In this document: piece after piece, positions 16,657-20,000 of the stretch
Numbering within the stretch: position 1 is the stretch's first letter
Layout: each line of letters starts with the position of its first letter
Source: an uncultured virus (IMG/VR IMGVR_UViG_3300031566_004355)
Taxonomy: Duplodnaviria > Heunggongvirae > Uroviricota > Caudoviricetes
Strand: one strand, 5' to 3'
IMG/VR virus record: IMGVR_UViG_3300031566_004355
DNA length: 20,000 bases
The notes under the pieces: generated by a model
Databases searched by the model: none
The model's input: the letters and a program-made list of their open reading frames with translations, nothing else
What the model was told of the DNA's origin: nothing
Program-made: the position numbers and the translations under genes

Positions 16657-16935
16657 GTGAAAGCGTACCCAGAAACCCACCAACAAGGCCTTATTACCAT
16701 CGAGAGCATTCCCAACGAAGCATACAGTCGGTATGTTAGGGGAAACTACAACCCCGTTGCCATAACTGGCGACTTCGGGATACAAGTAGCAGAAGATGGG
16801 CGTGTCTGGGTTTGTATCAACGGCATCGCGGTCATGCGATTCAAACCGCTGCCACAGAAAGGAGGCAAGCCATGTTCATCACGGGCAACAAAACAGAAGG
16901 GTTCAGTGTCCACTTCAGCTTCCCTCAAGACTTAA
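16657..16935 (+). CDS. Hypothetical protein
   Basis: AAAGGAGG plus GTG start; core GDFGIQVAEDGRVWVCING; tail overlaps the next gene by 64 nt. Confidence 0.72.
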   Translation: MKAYPETHQQGLITIESIPNEAYSRYVRGNYNPVAITGDFGIQVAEDGRVWVCINGIAVMRFKPLPQKGGKPCSSRATKQKGSVSTSASLKT

Positions 16936-17060
16936 TGGCACCACCACTCATACCAGCCGCTCAGCCACTAGTACGTATCGACCTTACGGCTGACAAGGCG
17001 TACGAGCTGGAGTGCAAGCTTGAAGAGGTGCTGAACCCTAAACCACCAGACCACGAGTAA
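16872..17060 (+). CDS. Hypothetical protein, 62 aa
   Basis: AAAGGAGG RBS before ATG at 16872 (MFITGNK...). Confidence 0.72.
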   Translation: MFITGNKTEGFSVHFSFPQDLMAPPLIPAAQPLVRIDLTADKAYELECKLEEVLNPKPPDHE

Positions 17061-17087
17061 CGACATATGAAAGGAGGTACAACGGAC

Positions 17088-17396
17088 ATGCCAACAACTA
17101 CAACCGAGATAGTACTGCGAACACCCTGCACCTATCACGCACACTGCGACGAGACGGCAGTACACATAATGCACGGCAGGTCTGCCAAAGACGGCGACCT
17201 GACCGACGAAGAGTGGAAGAAGGCCTGTTGCGTCTGCGAGGGCGTCCTCAAGAAGATGAAGGACAGCCTCAAGGCTACAGGTAGCTGGACATGCCCGGTG
17301 TGCAACACCGTACACACTATAGACCTAGTCAACCGGGGTCCAGTAACCCCTGTACTGAGCTTCTGGTACAAGGCACTCCGGGTCACGAAATCTTAG
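17088..17396 (+). CDS. Cys/His-rich putative Zn-binding protein
   Basis: AAAGGAGGT before ATG at 17088; CTYHAHC, CCVC, CPVC. Confidence 0.78.
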   Translation: MPTTTTEIVLRTPCTYHAHCDETAVHIMHGRSAKDGDLTDEEWKKACCVCEGVLKKMKDSLKATGSWTCPVCNTVHTIDLVNRGPVTPVLSFWYKALRVTKS

Positions 17397-17411
17397 GAAA
17401 GGAGGCAAACT

Positions 17412-17771
17412 ATGGGTTGGAACTACATAACTACACTTAAGACGGACGTAGGTAGCGAGTGCAAGCTACCCAAAGTGTTGCGGGAACACTTCAAGGCGAA
17501 ACACGACATAGAGCTCCCCGCGGACTTCGGTCCTTACGGCGACATAGTGTTCCCAGACGCTGACAGCCGCCTCAATCTGTTCAGGTCTCCGTCACAAGAG
17601 ACCGGCGCCCTCATAGTCGTCGAAAACCTAAGCGGTTCCCGAAGCTCAGCAGAGTTCTACGTCTATGGAGACTTAGTACGACTGTGCAAGCGCTGCAACG
17701 ATATTCACAGAGAGACGAACTACTACTACTGCCCAAAGTGCGGGTCGAAACTGACGCACGAACTCTGGTAA
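17412..17771 (+). CDS. Hypothetical protein with C-terminal zinc ribbon
   Basis: AAAGGAGG RBS; CKRC...YCPKCGSKL. Confidence 0.8.
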   Translation: MGWNYITTLKTDVGSECKLPKVLREHFKAKHDIELPADFGPYGDIVFPDADSRLNLFRSPSQETGALIVVENLSGSRSSAEFYVYGDLVRLCKRCNDIHRETNYYYCPKCGSKLTHELW

Positions 17772-17803
17772 GAGAACAATAGTAAAAGGAGGTACAACGG
17801 ACT

Positions 17804-17995
17804 ATGAACTGCACATTGTGTAATGGACTACTAGAAACCGAGACCGACAAGGCTCTGGGCGTCCACATGGGATTTTGCCCTGGACCCTCCAGTCCCAAAC
17901 CGACCGTCGAAGTCCCCCAAGCTGCGACAGCCCCAGCCGAGACTGCAGTCCTCGAGACTGCAGTCGAAGCTCAGGTCGAAAGCGAGGTCGCGTAA
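17804..17995 (+). CDS. Small protein with CxxC..H..C motif and low-complexity acidic tail
   Basis: AAAGGAGGT RBS; CTLC...H..FC; ETAVLETAVEAQVESEV. Confidence 0.7.
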   Translation: MNCTLCNGLLETETDKALGVHMGFCPGPSSPKPTVEVPQAATAPAETAVLETAVEAQVESEVA

Positions 17996-18189
17996 TGTAC
18001 TGCCCACACTGCAACACGATACTACCGGAGAAGCTCGTCGACGAAACGGCTCCAAAGAGCTCGGACACGCACATCCCAGTACAGGCTCTATCGTGTCCGG
18101 GCTGCGACGCGGCTATACTGGTAGATGACCGCCGAGGAGTAATCCCCATCGACGCTCCAATCATAACCATCCTAGTGGTGTACAGGTAA
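17995..18189 (+). CDS. Zn-ribbon protein, 64 aa
   Basis: TAATG coupling and GAGGT RBS; MYCPHC...LSCPGC. Confidence 0.72.
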   Translation: MYCPHCNTILPEKLVDETAPKSSDTHIPVQALSCPGCDAAILVDDRRGVIPIDAPIITILVVYR

Positions 18190-18202
18190 GGAAGGTCGAG
18201 TA

Positions 18203-18844
18203 ATGTTAGAGTATACCTCGTCCAAACAACTAAACTCGGAGAGATTCTTCAGCCACATCAAGCCCGGCCTGATGCACGACCTCGAACTATCAGCGCCGCT
18301 CGACCCTAACAACACATTCTTCTTCAGCGACCCTCACTTCGACCATACTAACATCATAAGGTACTGTAACCGCCCATTTAAGGACGCAGACGAGATGAAC
18401 GAGACGATTCTCCACAACTACCTCGAAGTCGTGAAGCCGGACAGTCTCGTCTTCTTCCTCGGCGACATAGCCTTCGGACGAGGGTCTCGCAAACCTCAGT
18501 GGTGGCTGGCTCAACTCCCAGGTATCATCACCTACATCAAGGGCTCTCACGACCACGGACTACGTCCGACTAACCTCGACAACTGTCACACCAGTCTCAT
18601 ACTCAACACGGGCGTCGGCAAGGTACTACTCATCCACAGTCCCTGGGAAGTCGAGGCACGCAATTGGCAAGGTTGGGTCATCCACGGGCACACTCACTCC
18701 ACCCAAATGGTTGACAGGGAGCATCGAAGGGTGTGTGTGTGTGTGGAGGCGACAGGTTACAGGCCAGTAAGCCTACAACAAATCCGCAACGCCGCTGGTT
18801 TCTGTCAGGATGTACTTGCAAGACAAGACCTGTCTGTGGTATAA
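18203..18844 (+). CDS. Calcineurin-like metallophosphoesterase (phage/AQ1575-like type)
   Basis: SDPHFDH.NII.YC.RPF, FLGD, GSHD (for GNHD), LIH.P, IHGHTH, VCVEATGYRPVSL. Confidence 0.88.
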   Translation: MLEYTSSKQLNSERFFSHIKPGLMHDLELSAPLDPNNTFFFSDPHFDHTNIIRYCNRPFKDADEMNETILHNYLEVVKPDSLVFFLGDIAFGRGSRKPQWWLAQLPGIITYIKGSHDHGLRPTNLDNCHTSLILNTGVGKVLLIHSPWEVEARNWQGWVIHGHTHSTQMVDREHRRVCVCVEATGYRPVSLQQIRNAAGFCQDVLARQDLSVV

Positions 18845-18855
18845 TTGGGTATAAT
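18802..18855 (+). promoter_or_regulatory. Promoter P3 (same conserved motif), inside the 3' end of the phosphoesterase gene
   Basis: CTGTCAGGATGTAC-TTGCAA (18816-18821), 18 bp spacer, TGg-TATAAT (18840-18845), then TGGGTATAAT. Confidence 0.82.
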
Positions 18856-18910
18856 GAAAAACGGCGTAAGACCTGACCCTCAGGGCAGGCTGACCAACGG
18901 AGGCAGAAAA

Positions 18911-19114
18911 GTGACACCACAAACCCCAATGCAAATCCGAATGCACAAGGACAAGGAGACCAAGAACTCTGTCCGGTACTCCGAACCTAAGAAAGGAGAT
19001 GACCCTCACACTAAGAACATCTACCTGACTAAGGAAGAGCTGCAGGCAAGTTTTGGCGGCGTACCTGATGAGCTCATAGTCTCCATCGACGTCCCCATTA
19101 CTGAGAAGGCGTAA
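18911..19114 (+). CDS. Small beta-rich hypothetical protein (KETKNSVRY.E...IYLTK..L...P..L.V.I)
   Basis: GGAGG at 18899-18903 with GTG at 18911. The track start at 18845 lies within the promoter. Confidence 0.72.
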   Translation: MTPQTPMQIRMHKDKETKNSVRYSEPKKGDDPHTKNIYLTKEELQASFGGVPDELIVSIDVPITEKA

Positions 19115-19115
19115 C

Positions 19116-19430
19116 ATGGCAACACCCCAAACGGACGACCAACTTGTCGAAGCCGGTAGGCAGCACCTGTTGCAGCTAGCCCGAGCCGAGCGAGGCCGGG
19201 AAGCACGCTTGTACGCCCTAAGACATCTCGTCGCGATTCACAAGACCGAGTACCAGCACTACCGCACACAGTACATCGACCGCAACCCTCAAGTGTCAGC
19301 TCGCTTCAACCCCGACAAGTGCACCCGCGAGCAACTGGCACGCTACGGATTCCACAAGCACGAGTACCAACGCCGGCAGCGAGCACGACGTAACGCTGCT
19401 AGGACTGAAGGAGGTGATATGAGGTTATAA
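19116..19430 (+). CDS. Basic Arg-rich hypothetical protein
   Basis: Starts 1 nt after the upstream stop; ARLYALRHLVAIHKTEY helix. Confidence 0.72.
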   Translation: MATPQTDDQLVEAGRQHLLQLARAERGREARLYALRHLVAIHKTEYQHYRTQYIDRNPQVSARFNPDKCTREQLARYGFHKHEYQRRQRARRNAARTEGGDMRL

Positions 19431-19483
19431 TCGACCACACCCCGTAACCACAGCAAATAATACAGATGGAGGTACACAGTACA

Positions 19484-19762
19484 ATGGCTAAAGTAATCAC
19501 AACCCCAGGCGAAGGCGTCCCCTCGGAAGAGGCAATTCTCCGCGAGCTCAAGCAGCGCGAGAAACGGAAGCAGTACATGCAGTCCGACAAGGCCAAGGAG
19601 AACCGGAAGGTCTACATGAAGAAGAAGTACGAGCAGACCAAGCAGGACCGAGCCGCCATCTCCAACCTGAAGGAGACCGACCCCACGCGATACGCTCAGC
19701 TCGAAGCCCAGGCCAAGGCCCTGGTAGAGGCCGAGCGCTCCAAAAAGGCAGTCGGCGGGTAG
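19484..19762 (+). CDS. Lys/Glu-rich helical protein, 92 aa; last gene before the terminator
   Basis: GGAGGT before ATG at 19484; codons visibly G/C-ending; QSDKAKENRKVY and DPTRYAQL motifs. Confidence 0.82.
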   Translation: MAKVITTPGEGVPSEEAILRELKQREKRKQYMQSDKAKENRKVYMKKKYEQTKQDRAAISNLKETDPTRYAQLEAQAKALVEAERSKKAVGG

Positions 19763-19824
19763 GCTCGTAGCCCCCGGTACGTATAACTGAATAACGCGGC
19801 TGGTAGTCAGTACCAGCAAACCCA

Positions 19825-19854
19825 GGAGGCCCGCGCAAGCGGGTCTTCTTTTTT
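19825..19854 (+). terminator. Rho-independent terminator
   Basis: GGAGGCCCGC-GCAA-GCGGGTCTTC: 10-bp stem with two G-U pairs, GNRA loop, followed by TTTTTT. Confidence 0.9.
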
Positions 19855-20000
19855 GCCGTCTCCCGGGGGTTCCTATCAGGCGTTCCCGACGACTTCACCC
19901 GTACACCAGTGAGCTATAGGCACACGAACCTCTCCGAGAGAACCTCTCTGTGCTGCAGGTGTGTGTGGGTGAGAGAGTGCTGAGTGGATGGGTGCCAGGG

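Larger units (their letters stand above)
1..20000 (+). mobile_element. Segment of a probable bacteriophage or phage-like element (accessory/early-type gene region plus glycosylation module)
   Basis: About 50 tightly packed co-oriented genes, mostly under 130 aa and without recognisable function. Phage-typical families present (SNF2 helicase, DUF3846, small metallophosphoesterase, ART-fold protein), no housekeeping genes, repeated promoter. No hallmark structural gene in the window. Confidence 0.75.

Noticed and set aside
19426..19431. TATAAT as a fourth promoter (similar hexamers near 4024 and 6522)
   Set aside because: No TTGC -35 or upstream conserved box at the expected spacing.
4614..19762. 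Stop-codon reassignment as the cause of the many short ORFs (e.g. TAG followed directly by in-frame ATG at 6201-6206)
   Set aside because: Most short ORFs have their own RBS, all three stops are used, and the long conserved genes have no internal stops.
130..19898. All minus-strand ORFs in the track
   Set aside because: They lie antisense to RBS-supported plus-strand genes, show no recognisable motifs and read as shadow ORFs.
1..20000. CRISPR array, tRNA/rRNA, transposase, integrase, reverse transcriptase/DGR, virion structural genes
   Set aside because: No regularly spaced repeats, cloverleafs or diagnostic protein motifs were seen.

Overview
Nearly continuous, all plus-strand gene array that looks like part of a bacterial virus or phage-like element. 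No capsid, terminase, tail or integrase gene lies in the window, so this call is inferential. Bases 1-4525 hold a membrane module: a YfhO-like GT-C glycosyltransferase, a very small YdjM-like membrane protein, a DUF2723/TMEM260-like GT-C glycosyltransferase, a 3-TM protein and two basic proteins. Bases 4614-19762 hold about 45 mostly small genes with strong AGGAGG ribosome-binding sites, including a SNF2-family helicase, a stand-alone LigD 3'-phosphoesterase domain, a Tpt1/KptA-like ADP-ribosyltransferase-fold protein, a HARE-HTH protein, DUF3846, a calcineurin-like metallophosphoesterase, many Zn-ribbon proteins and several internal paralog families. Three copies of an extended conserved sigma70-type promoter (4533, 15965, 18802) drive the array, and an intrinsic terminator at 19825-19854 ends it. 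A manual scan found no GATC in the 20 kb. All family calls come from motif recognition by eye, not from database searches.
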